NCBI GenBank assembly: GCA_016839515.1
Contig: JAEOUE010000227.1
Location: 1-35,610, forward strand
Origin: Candidatus Hodarchaeum mangrovi
GTDB lineage: Archaea; Asgardarchaeota; Heimdallarchaeia; Hodarchaeales; Hodarchaeaceae
Direction of reading: 5' to 3'
Length of the DNA stretch: 35,610 nucleotides
Within the stretch, counting starts at the first letter, position 1, and each line of letters begins with the position of its first letter. The notes under the pieces were generated by a model. It had not been told where the DNA came from. It searched no databases and worked only from the letters and a program-made list of their open reading frames with translations. Positions 27,668 through 35,610 of the stretch are shown here, piece after piece. Made by a program: the position numbers and the translations under genes.

Positions 27668-30121
27668 TCATCGAATTATTGCCTGAAGCTTAACCTGACA
27701 AGTTGGGCATATTTGTGTTTTCATTGTAATGTGATACATAATTCCACATTTTGGACATACAGCTAATAATTGAGTTTCAGTAACCTTTTCTACAGCTGTA
27801 AATGCATATTGGGTTGGTTCTACTTTCCTATAAGCCGTTTTAAGTCGCCTGTTTATAAAAAAATAACTTAGACCACCTGCAATTGCCAAAGAAAACAGTA
27901 TTATTACAAAAAATTCATATATGTTATCATCAATTATTGGGGTGGAAGTTTGTGGAGGATTAAGGGGTTTGACTTTAATTATTTGCCCTGGAATCACACT
28001 TATATTAGAATCAATAGGTTTTTCTAAGTCTGAGAGCTTAATTAAGTAAGTTAATGGATTTAAGCTAAAATTATTTTGCCAATTTAATGGTTTGAGAATT
28101 ATGAGCTCTGGAAAACATTCCCATCTATGGGAGGGGATTAACGATTCAATATATGTATATAAATATTCAACAGGTAGATCTAATACAATTATTTCTTATC
28201 CTTCAATAAAGGATTGATTCCATTCTAGAATAAACGAACTCGGGTGATCCACCACTTTTAGATGAAATTTCACGAAATCAGAGTCAGGGCTATCAAATGC
28301 TAGAACTAATTGAATGTTATCAATTTTTGAATTATTATCAATATCTGTAACAAACATACCAGCACATCCAATAAATTCAACCAATGCATCAGATGTAGAA
28401 AACGTTGCATCGAGATTAAAATTTCCTAGACCTTTATATGCATAAACAATCACAAGAATTCCTTGTGAACCATCGGTAGCCTTGTATGAAATTGTTTCTG
28501 GATAACTTTCTCCATAGGATTCACCAATTAGATTTAATTTACTATCAAACATAAATAAATCAAAATCTGTATAGGAAGGCCCTCTTAATTTTAACGTTAT
28601 CTTCTCATTCCAGTGGACTGAAGTAATTATAGGCACAAGTTCATTTTCTTCAATTCTCTTTGTTATACTTGGATTCTCATGTGAAATAACAATATCCGAA
28701 TAATCTATTGGTTCACTCGCCTTATTCATTATGGAAATAGCATCTACCCACCCCGAATCAGTGCTAAATGCTGATAATTGGGAATAATCTGAGACCCATA
28801 ATTCTGGACTCCAAGGGGCATAAATTGTCAATCCTGATGGTGATGTGAGAAGTGAGGTATTATAATGCTGATATACACATGTCTGCTCCATTTGCTGCAT
28901 TATATCGGCTTTCAGTGTTGCTATTATATCATTGTTCACTTGATTGGTAACTTCTACCACTTTTAATATGTCTATTTGTTCAGCGAGTCCAAATTCGGCC
29001 ATAGTTGATAATTCTGCACACATTGCTTCTAATTTATCACTTGACATTCCTTTAATGAACTCTGCCAATTTAGATAGCTCATTACTTAACCCTTGTATTT
29101 TTGATAGATCAATCACTCCCAATTGTGTTATCTCCATCGATAACTCTGCTTGCTTGAGCATATTCGAATAAGATTCTTCCACGATAATCTCTGCACACCG
29201 TCTTGGGTCATAATTAATTGGATCTATTTGACTATTAGCTGTCCGATCGCTTAGCTCCTCAAGAAAACTAGTATAATGAAAACCTGACAGTCCAATTGAA
29301 TCTTCGGAAGCTACCATAAATTGAGCATATTCTCTGATTGCATATGCCACTTCAATACAACCCATAAAACAAGCATCAAATATGATCACATCTAATGCTT
29401 CAGGTAGTGTTGAAAGGGCTGATTTTAATTCACTCTCTGTTAGAGCGTCTCCAAAAGATCTATCGTCCCAGCATACGTTTTTTCGTTTTCCAAAGCATGT
29501 CTTTTCTATCTCCCCAAGAATACTTGGGAGAAATTCTTGCTGTCTTATAGTCTTTGTAAAATCTGTCCACTCCTCTACTCCTGTTTTCCATCCTAATCCA
29601 TGATTCCAAATGATTAAGCAATAGTATTCTGCTGGATATTGGTTCATTGAGAATTCAATGAAATCCTTTAATGTTTGCGGATCTCCCATATTCTTTTCTT
29701 CACTGGCATCATCAAGGCTTATTAAATCTCCCCCCGCTCCTGGAATTCGAAATCGTTGACTCCTATTATACCTTAAATCATCTGTTTCTTGTATTAAACA
29801 TGAATCCCATCCATCAAACTCGACTATCACGCATATATTTGATTGAATTCTTGCCTCCTTCATTTCCTGTAAATCATTCACTCCTGCCTCTTCCAAATTA
29901 TTATCAGCAGCCATATAAACCATAATAGTCCATTTAAAGATATTCTCAATACCTCTATTTTCATGGTAGTTATTTAAAGTCTTTAAATTTGAATTCGTGT
30001 TAATACTTTTTTCAGTGTATTTAGGTACAGATTTGAATCCACTAGTAAATATACTTAATAGAATAATTCCTATTAATATGTGAATTAGTGACCCTCCCTT
30101 TGGTATTCGGATTTTACTCAA
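27668..30121 (-). pseudogene. Clostripain-family (C11) cysteine peptidase with PPC-like domain, TM anchor and Zn ribbon, split by an in-frame TAA at 28196-28198
   Basis: KWTIMVYMAADNNLE, NMGDP, WNHG, FDACFM; PPC-like DFDLFMFD...ETI; frame stays open through 66 codons into ORF 27668..27997 (TM helix, CPKC..CPTC). Confidence 0.75.
28196..30121 (-). CDS. Clostripain-related cysteine peptidase (product if TAA terminates; secreted, anchorless)
   Basis: Signal peptide and intact His (WNHG)/Cys (DAC) dyad; TTG start after GAGGTGG. Confidence 0.8.
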   Translation of the reverse strand: MSKIRIPKGGSLIHILIGIILLSIFTSGFKSVPKYTEKSINTNSNLKTLNNYHENRGIENIFKWTIMVYMAADNNLEEAGVNDLQEMKEARIQSNICVIVEFDGWDSCLIQETDDLRYNRSQRFRIPGAGGDLISLDDASEEKNMGDPQTLKDFIEFSMNQYPAEYYCLIIWNHGLGWKTGVEEWTDFTKTIRQQEFLPSILGEIEKTCFGKRKNVCWDDRSFGDALTESELKSALSTLPEALDVIIFDACFMGCIEVAYAIREYAQFMVASEDSIGLSGFHYTSFLEELSDRTANSQIDPINYDPRRCAEIIVEESYSNMLKQAELSMEITQLGVIDLSKIQGLSNELSKLAEFIKGMSSDKLEAMCAELSTMAEFGLAEQIDILKVVEVTNQVNNDIIATLKADIMQQMEQTCVYQHYNTSLLTSPSGLTIYAPWSPELWVSDYSQLSAFSTDSGWVDAISIMNKASEPIDYSDIVISHENPSITKRIEENELVPIITSVHWNEKITLKLRGPSYTDFDLFMFDSKLNLIGESYGESYPETISYKATDGSQGILVIVYAYKGLGNFNLDATFSTSDALVEFIGCAGMFVTDIDNNSKIDNIQLVLAFDSPDSDFVKFHLKVVDHPSSFILEWNQSFIEG

Positions 30122-30410
30122 GCCTCTACCACCTCATTGAAATTTTACTACCATTAAAGTAATACGTTTTTTCAAGTATTTTAATATAACTATGTGTTGA
30201 TATCTAACTTTTTCCTTATGCCTATACAATGTCTATTGAAGCTTAATTTTTGAAAATGCAATATCTGCAAAAATTATTTACTCCAATTTGATAATTTCTT
30301 CAATACTAGTTGAAATAGAGATTAAAAAATCATTCTTATTAAAATTACCATAATCATTTTATTCATAAATCTATACTTTCAATTACTTTTCCAAAAAGAT
30401 GTGATAAAGT

Positions 30411-30923
30411 ATGGTATATGATTTAGAAGAGGCTATTGAACTGCTATCACGAACTCCAAAAGTGCTCCGTGAGCTAATGGAAGGTTTGAATAAAAACTGG
30501 CTGAATTTTAAGAAACATGATGCTGCTTTTTCTCCCTCTGATGTTGTTGGTCACCTTATTGCAGGAGAACAAACTGACTGGATTCTAAGAATGAAAATAT
30601 TCCTTGGTAAAAAAGAGTCAAAGAAGTTTCCACCTTTTAATCGGGAAGGCTTCGATAAGGCTTTAGGAATTGATGAACGTTTAGATCAATTCGAAACCCT
30701 TCGAAAGAAGAATATTGAAATTTTAAAAGAATCTGTAATCGATAATGACCTTATTAAAACGGGGATTCATCCTGAATTTGGTGAAGTCACATTACAGCAA
30801 CATCTGGCGACCTGGGTTGTCCATGATTTGACCCATTTATTTCAAATCATTGAGTCCTTAGCAATCCGTTATAAAGAAGCTGTAGGCCCTTGGATTCAGT
30901 ATTTAAGAATTCTGAATGTTTGA
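30411..30923 (+). CDS. DinB/YfiT superfamily protein
   Basis: LSRTP, DVVGHL..GE.TDW, GIHPEFGEVTL, WVVHDLTHL His triad. Confidence 0.9.
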   Translation: MVYDLEEAIELLSRTPKVLRELMEGLNKNWLNFKKHDAAFSPSDVVGHLIAGEQTDWILRMKIFLGKKESKKFPPFNREGFDKALGIDERLDQFETLRKKNIEILKESVIDNDLIKTGIHPEFGEVTLQQHLATWVVHDLTHLFQIIESLAIRYKEAVGPWIQYLRILNV

Positions 30924-31030
30924 TTATCAAGCTTTTGAGTCACAATAAATAAATTGAATAAATGTTCTTATACAAACAAATTCTAAAGTTTTTATTTAAT
31001 CAGAGAGAATTAGCACTTCTTGGTGATCAA

Positions 31031-31474
31031 TTGAAAAAAAAAATATCACCAAAATATCTCAATATATTTTTTGTTTTACCTTTTTTATTTCATTTAATCC
31101 TACCGATAATAAGAATAATTAATGAACCATTTAAGTTTGTTGGGATTGCTCCTTTTCTTCTGGGAATAATATTAAATATCTGGTCTTTAAGAGTACTGAT
31201 GGAAAATACCACCACAATTGATTTCAATGCTATTACTACAAATTTAGTGACAACTGGTCCTTTTAATTTTAGTCGGAACCCAATCTATCTAAGTGGTGTT
31301 ATTATTCTTTTGGGTATAGCCATATTCCTTGGTTCTTTAATCACGTTCGTCTTTCCTGTAGTATTACTACTGATTATGGATAAATTTTATATTCCTTTTG
31401 AGGAGAGGAAACTAGAAGGAATTTTTGGGGATGAATATTTGAAATACAAACAGAAGGTTCGTAAATGGATTTAA
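31031..31474 (+). CDS. Isoprenylcysteine carboxylmethyltransferase/PEMT-like membrane protein
   Basis: LVTTGPFNFSRNPIYL, EERKL...FG.EY..Y...VRKWI; TTG at 31031 follows GGTGAT (ORF track start 30962). Confidence 0.9.
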   Translation: MKKKISPKYLNIFFVLPFLFHLILPIIRIINEPFKFVGIAPFLLGIILNIWSLRVLMENTTTIDFNAITTNLVTTGPFNFSRNPIYLSGVIILLGIAIFLGSLITFVFPVVLLLIMDKFYIPFEERKLEGIFGDEYLKYKQKVRKWI

Positions 31475-31547
31475 TTTCTTTTTGACCATTACCACAATCA
31501 AAATGTTTTCAAATATATTCCAAAGGAATATTCTTGAGGAACAATAG

Positions 31548-32096
31548 ATGATTTCTAAATCGAAGGAAATTATTAAGGGAAATTTACTAAGTCCTTTACC
31601 TATTATTTTAGTTGGTTCATTGGTTAATAGTAAACCAAATTTCCTTGTTATAGGATATAGCTCCCCCTTTGACTTTGGAAAATATACATTCTTCAGTTTA
31701 TATAAAAAACGATACACACGAATTGGTATTCATGAACATCAAACTTTTAGTATTAATATTCCATCAGTAGACCTTATAAATAAAACAAATATATGTGGTA
31801 CCAAATCAGGACGCGATATTGACAAGAGTAAGTTATTTACCATTTTTTATGGTGAATTAAAAACAGCACCAATGATTCAAGAATGTCCTGTAACCATGGA
31901 ATTAAAAGTCGCTGATGTTATAGACTATGGTCGTAATGAGGGGATTATAGGTGAAGTAATCAATTCCTATGTTAATTCTGAATGTCTGAATAACGGTAAA
32001 CTAGATATGAGAAAGGTTAACCCTATACTTTGGGCCACTGGTGGAGATTATAATTATTATTCCTTAGGAAACCGTCTAAATATTCCTGCTGAGTAA
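31548..32096 (+). CDS. Flavin reductase/flavoredoxin family protein
   Basis: PLPIILVG, FSINIP, CGTKSGRDIDK, APMIQECPVTME, IGEV. Confidence 0.9.
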   Translation: MISKSKEIIKGNLLSPLPIILVGSLVNSKPNFLVIGYSSPFDFGKYTFFSLYKKRYTRIGIHEHQTFSINIPSVDLINKTNICGTKSGRDIDKSKLFTIFYGELKTAPMIQECPVTMELKVADVIDYGRNEGIIGEVINSYVNSECLNNGKLDMRKVNPILWATGGDYNYYSLGNRLNIPAE

Positions 32097-32289
32097 TTTG
32101 CTTATTATTCTTAATTTATGAGCTGGGATTTGCCCTTGAATTGAGATCCGAACTAATAGATTTCAATACTAATTTAAATCACAAAACTATCAATCCATAG
32201 ATGAGAATAAACAAAATGATTTAAGAGATTTAATAGGAAAAAAACATCAATGAGTTCAAATCAGATTAAAAATCACCTGGTGAAAATAA

Positions 32290-33741
32290 TTGCCATTAAA
32301 AACACCTGAAGAATATGAAGAAAGCATAAAACGAGAAGTAAACTTATATATGTTTGGGGAAAAGATATCAAGATTCTGGGAGCATCCGTATTATCAGATA
32401 ATAAAACCAAGTATCACCACTACGAAAAAAATCTATGAACTAGCACTAATCGATGAATATAAAGACATAATGACTACAACGTCGCATTTAACAGGAGAAA
32501 TTATAAATCGTTTTACAAGTATACATCAATCAATAGAGGATTTATTAAAGAAAGTTGAAATGCAACGATTATTGGGGCAAAAAACAGCCTGTTGCTTTCA
32601 GAGATGTGTAGGGTATGATGCTGCAAATGCATTATATAGTGTAACATATGAAATTGACCAAAAATATGATACAAAATATCATATGCGATTTAAACAATAC
32701 TGGAAGGAGGTTCAGAAACACGATTTATTTGTAGCAGGATCCATGACAGATCCAAAAGGTGATAGGGGAAAACGACCAAAAGACCAACAAGATCCTGATG
32801 CTTTTCTACATATAGTAGAAGAAAATGATAAAGGCATTATCGTACGGGGAGCGAAAGTTCATCAAACAGGCTTTTTAAATTCGCATCGTGCGTTGGTTAT
32901 GCCTACACTCGCCATGAGAGAAGGAGAAGAAGATTATGCAGTAAGTTTTGGAATTGACACAAATGTTAAAGGACTTACTATGATTTATGGACGTCAAGCT
33001 TCGGATAAACGAAAACTAGAAGAGGGAAAAATTGATGTGGGGAATTTCAAATATGGCGGACAAGAGCTTTTCGTAATTTTTGATAATTGCTTTATCCCCC
33101 ATCAGCATATCTTTATGAATAAGGAAATTGACTTCACCGGAGAATTAGTGAATCGATTTGCGGGATATCATCGACAATCCTATGCTTGTAAAACAGGGGT
33201 GGGTGATGTTCTTATTGGAGCTGCAGCTCTCTCTGCTCAATCACTTGGGGTTGCCAATACTTCACACATTAAAGAAAAACTAATTGAAATGATTCATCTC
33301 AATGAAACATTGTGGTGCTCTGCTGTAGCATGTAGTGCCAAGGGATTTAAACGCCCTGCAGGAAATTATGAGATGGACATGCTTCTTGCCAATGTCAATA
33401 AACAGAATGTTACTCGCTTTCCTTATGAGCTTGTTCGCCTTGCAGAGGATATTGCTGGAGGAATCATCTGCACTTTACCCTCTGAATCTGATTTAAAGAA
33501 TCCTGATACTTCAAAATTATTAGAAAAATATCTCTCTACAAACTCTATCCTTCCTACTGAAGACCGATTTCGATTAATTCGCTTTATTGAGAGCTTTGCA
33601 ATGGGTTTAACTTCGCCAAGTTATAGAACCGAATCTCTTCATGGCGCAGGCAGTCCACAGGCTCAGAGAATTATGATTGCTCGTCAAGGGGAGTTGGAAA
33701 AAAAGATAAATCTAGTGAAAGAAATTCTAGATATGAAATAA
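32290..33741 (+). CDS. abfD: 4-hydroxybutyryl-CoA dehydratase (HpaB/AbfD family)
   Basis: CFQRCVG, MTDPKGDR, RGAKVHQTG, GYHRQSYACK, ESLHGAGSPQAQR; Fe-S ligand pattern retained; TTG after GGTGA. Confidence 0.88.
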   Translation: MPLKTPEEYEESIKREVNLYMFGEKISRFWEHPYYQIIKPSITTTKKIYELALIDEYKDIMTTTSHLTGEIINRFTSIHQSIEDLLKKVEMQRLLGQKTACCFQRCVGYDAANALYSVTYEIDQKYDTKYHMRFKQYWKEVQKHDLFVAGSMTDPKGDRGKRPKDQQDPDAFLHIVEENDKGIIVRGAKVHQTGFLNSHRALVMPTLAMREGEEDYAVSFGIDTNVKGLTMIYGRQASDKRKLEEGKIDVGNFKYGGQELFVIFDNCFIPHQHIFMNKEIDFTGELVNRFAGYHRQSYACKTGVGDVLIGAAALSAQSLGVANTSHIKEKLIEMIHLNETLWCSAVACSAKGFKRPAGNYEMDMLLANVNKQNVTRFPYELVRLAEDIAGGIICTLPSESDLKNPDTSKLLEKYLSTNSILPTEDRFRLIRFIESFAMGLTSPSYRTESLHGAGSPQAQRIMIARQGELEKKINLVKEILDMK

Positions 33742-33743
33742 GA

Positions 33744-34559
33744 TTAAAAGAGAACTTTCAATCCATCATATGCGAAACTTACACCTGGATTGTCATTTTC
33801 AATCTTTTTTCTTTCTGCTATAGTTAAACCAGACAATAATTTGCCATTGATCCAACGATGGTTTGAAAGATGAGTAAAAATGCATTCCTTATTGAATGGT
33901 TTGAGCTCTTCCCAAAATGCTAAAGCTTGATCTAATGAAAAATTTTGCCATGGTATTGTTGTAACTAACTCATCTACGGTCGCTTCCATGATAATAATAT
34001 CTAAATTTTTCAATTTTTTTCTTGTTTCTTCCGACGGATATGTAGTATCTACAAGATAGGCAATTCGTTTATTATTAGTTAGAATAAACCCTATACTGTG
34101 ATCAATATGCTCAGTTTTTATAACTTCCACAGAAAAGTCTTGTAGATTAAGCTTATCACCAACTTTAATCTTATGAATATTTAATGCTGGTTTTAAATAA
34201 GCCAATTCCTGATTAAAATGAAATTCAACTTCTTCTGGAACATAAATCTCAATCGGTTTCCATTTAGCTAGATTATTAACCTCCCGTAATGTTCCTAAGC
34301 CTGCAATATGATCATAATGCCAATGAGTGATCAAAATATTACAAATAGGTCGACATAGTTTTTCTCTTTCAAGTTGTTGTTCCAAATCAGGCCCAGGATC
34401 AATAATAGTCAATTCTTTTCCTATGACAGCAAGTGATGCTCTTGTTCTTCGTTCTTGAGGATGTTTTCGTGCAGATTCACAGATTGGACACTGACAAAAA
34501 AATAATGGTATTGCTAAAGGAGACGTGCCAAGAAATACTAATTCCAAATGTTTAGTCAA
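33744..34559 (-). CDS. MBL-fold metallo-hydrolase, PhnP-like
   Basis: FLGT...P..CQCPIC..AR...RRTRAS, IDPGPD, THWHYDH, EH, YLVDT, THLS, AYDG. Confidence 0.9.
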   Translation of the reverse strand: MTKHLELVFLGTSPLAIPLFFCQCPICESARKHPQERRTRASLAVIGKELTIIDPGPDLEQQLEREKLCRPICNILITHWHYDHIAGLGTLREVNNLAKWKPIEIYVPEEVEFHFNQELAYLKPALNIHKIKVGDKLNLQDFSVEVIKTEHIDHSIGFILTNNKRIAYLVDTTYPSEETRKKLKNLDIIIMEATVDELVTTIPWQNFSLDQALAFWEELKPFNKECIFTHLSNHRWINGKLLSGLTIAERKKIENDNPGVSFAYDGLKVLF

Positions 34560-34711
34560 AAATAATCATCTCATTTTTTAAATAATTCTTTTAAAATTCC
34601 TAAAATTCTTTTTCAAAGAATTAAATGAAAAAAATATTATTATTATTTAGGTTATAAAGTTGCGACTAAGAATTTCGGAGAGCTGTTATTAAAAAATAAT
34701 GAATATCAAGA

Positions 34712-34750
34712 AATAATTGTTATTAGTTGCTTAGTTAAATCCAACTAATA
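34712..34750 (+). promoter_or_regulatory. Fur/PerR-box-like dyad and overlapping 9-bp inverted repeat upstream of dpsL
   Basis: AATAATTGTTATT (34712-34724); TATTAGTTG (34721-34729) and CAACTAATA (34742-34750). Confidence 0.45.
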
Positions 34751-34766
34751 CCTAAATTAAAAGGAT

Positions 34767-35333
34767 ATGGAAAAAATGACGGCAAAAGTTGCTAGAACAA
34801 TGGTGGAAAAAGCTGGTGTAGACGTCAATAAATTACTGGATTTATTAGTAAAGAACGCTGCAGCAGAATTGACCACATACTACTATTATACCATTTTACG
34901 AACAAATCTAATTGGATTTGATGGAGAAGGTCTTAAGAAGATTGCAGAAGATGCTCGAATAGAAGATCGGAATCACTTTGAAGCATTAGTCCCCCGTATC
35001 TATGAGCTTGGTGGAAAATTACCAGAGGATATGAAAGCATTTCACGATGTTTCAGCTTGTCCTCCAGCATATTTACCAAAAGACATCTCTGATGTTAAAG
35101 AAATTGTCAAAGTTTTATTAAAAGCTGAACAATGTGCTGTCCGAGGTTACACTGAAATTTGCAATATGACTGCTGGAAAAGATCATCGCACTTATGACCT
35201 TGCGCTAGCAATCTTACATGAAGAGATCGAACACGAAGCATGGTTCACTGAATTCTTAGGTGAAGGTCCCTCAGGCCATTTTCTAAGACCCACAGGTGTT
35301 AATAGTCCTTATGTTTCAAAGTTCCTTCACTGA
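34767..35333 (+). CDS. dps: DPS-like ferritin-superfamily protein (DpsL/thioferritin)
   Basis: [70 protein letters not shown]. Confidence 0.93.
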   Translation: MEKMTAKVARTMVEKAGVDVNKLLDLLVKNAAAELTTYYYYTILRTNLIGFDGEGLKKIAEDARIEDRNHFEALVPRIYELGGKLPEDMKAFHDVSACPPAYLPKDISDVKEIVKVLLKAEQCAVRGYTEICNMTAGKDHRTYDLALAILHEEIEHEAWFTEFLGEGPSGHFLRPTGVNSPYVSKFLH

Positions 35334-35343
35334 AGATTTACAT

Positions 35344-35361
35344 CCTTTCTCTTTTTTTTTC
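35344..35361 (+). terminator. Archaeal oligo-T terminator after dpsL
   Basis: Pyrimidine tract with a T9 run about 10-27 nt after the stop codon. Confidence 0.5.
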
Positions 35362-35420
35362 TAAATTTTTAAATGTTAATAAGGAAGGGGAACTATATCC
35401 AATTTCAGAGTTGATCTATA

Positions 35421-35610
35421 ATTAAGATAACCAATCAAAGAGTGGCAATCGAGGAATTCCTAGAAGATAATCTCAATCATCCAACAGCGGATGAAATTTA
35501 CAAAGCGGTGAAAACTAAATTGCCTAGAATAACCAAAGCCACAGTATATAAAAATTTAAAGGTTCTTCTAGCTGAAGGATTGATAAAGGAAGTAAATGTG
35601 AAAGGAATCA
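35421..35610 (+). CDS. fur: Fur/PerR family transcriptional repressor (3' partial; not in ORF track)
   Basis: IKITNQRVAIEEFLEDNLNHPTADEIYKAVKTKLPRITKATVYKNLKVLLAEGLIKEV: T.QR, HPTADEIY and ATVY.NL Fur motifs. Confidence 0.88.
   Translation, partial: MKITNQRVAIEEFLEDNLNHPTADEIYKAVKTKLPRITKATVYKNLKVLLAEGLIKEVNVKGI

Noticed and set aside
1282-30121. Genome-wide TAA reassignment suggested by two in-frame TAA interruptions
   Set aside because: Many genes here end in TAA at family-typical C-termini (DUF4256, ICMT-like, abfD, the canonical kinase), so TAA is a normal stop
3-31717. Short ORF-track entries overlapping real genes (e.g. 3..203, 76..306, 805..1035, 8568..8870, 14113..14352, 17869..18051, 28944..29925, 31412..31717)
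   Set aside because: Antisense or alternate-frame shadows of well-supported CDSs with no recognisable motifs
31548-33741. HpaC/HpaB two-component monooxygenase pair
   Set aside because: The large protein keeps the dehydratase Fe-S ligands, the reductase is flavoredoxin-type, and a 193-bp gap suggests separate transcription
34721-34750. Canonical iron-responsive element
   Set aside because: No CAGUGN loop and too few bases for the 5-bp upper stem

Overview
AT-rich, gene-dense window with no rRNA, tRNA, CRISPR array, transposase or integrase that I can see. GGTGA-type ribosome-binding sites, TATA-like promoters, many TTG/GTG starts, Lrp/AsnC regulators, orphan PAS histidine kinases and a DPS-like thioferritin point to an archaeon, most plausibly Asgard (Heimdall/Hodarchaeales-like; inference). 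Content is largely stress, detoxification, transport and sensing: DUF4256 (partial), msrB, two PAS kinases (one degenerate), arsM with a divergent PadR, two ABC exporters, Lrp plus aminotransferase, a TPR protein, a URO-D-family protein, a tandem TauE pair, an ArsR-type wHTH with a B-box-like Zn finger, a clostripain-family protease, DinB, flavin reductase, 4-hydroxybutyryl-CoA dehydratase, a PhnP-like MBL hydrolase, DpsL and a Fur/PerR fragment. Best candidates for something new: (1) an arsM / Cys-Cys PadR divergon with four AATATT-core palindromes between the genes and no adjacent ArsR, a putative PadR-based arsenic-sensing module; (2) two genes split by a single in-frame TAA with long open frames beyond it, including a clostripain whose membrane anchor and Zn ribbon lie past the stop; (3) a wHTH-Zn-finger regulator divergent from duplicated TauE exporters that share a 70-nt identical tract; (4) a Fur/PerR gene missing from the ORF track that appears to start at ATT. 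All family calls come from motif recognition, not database searches.
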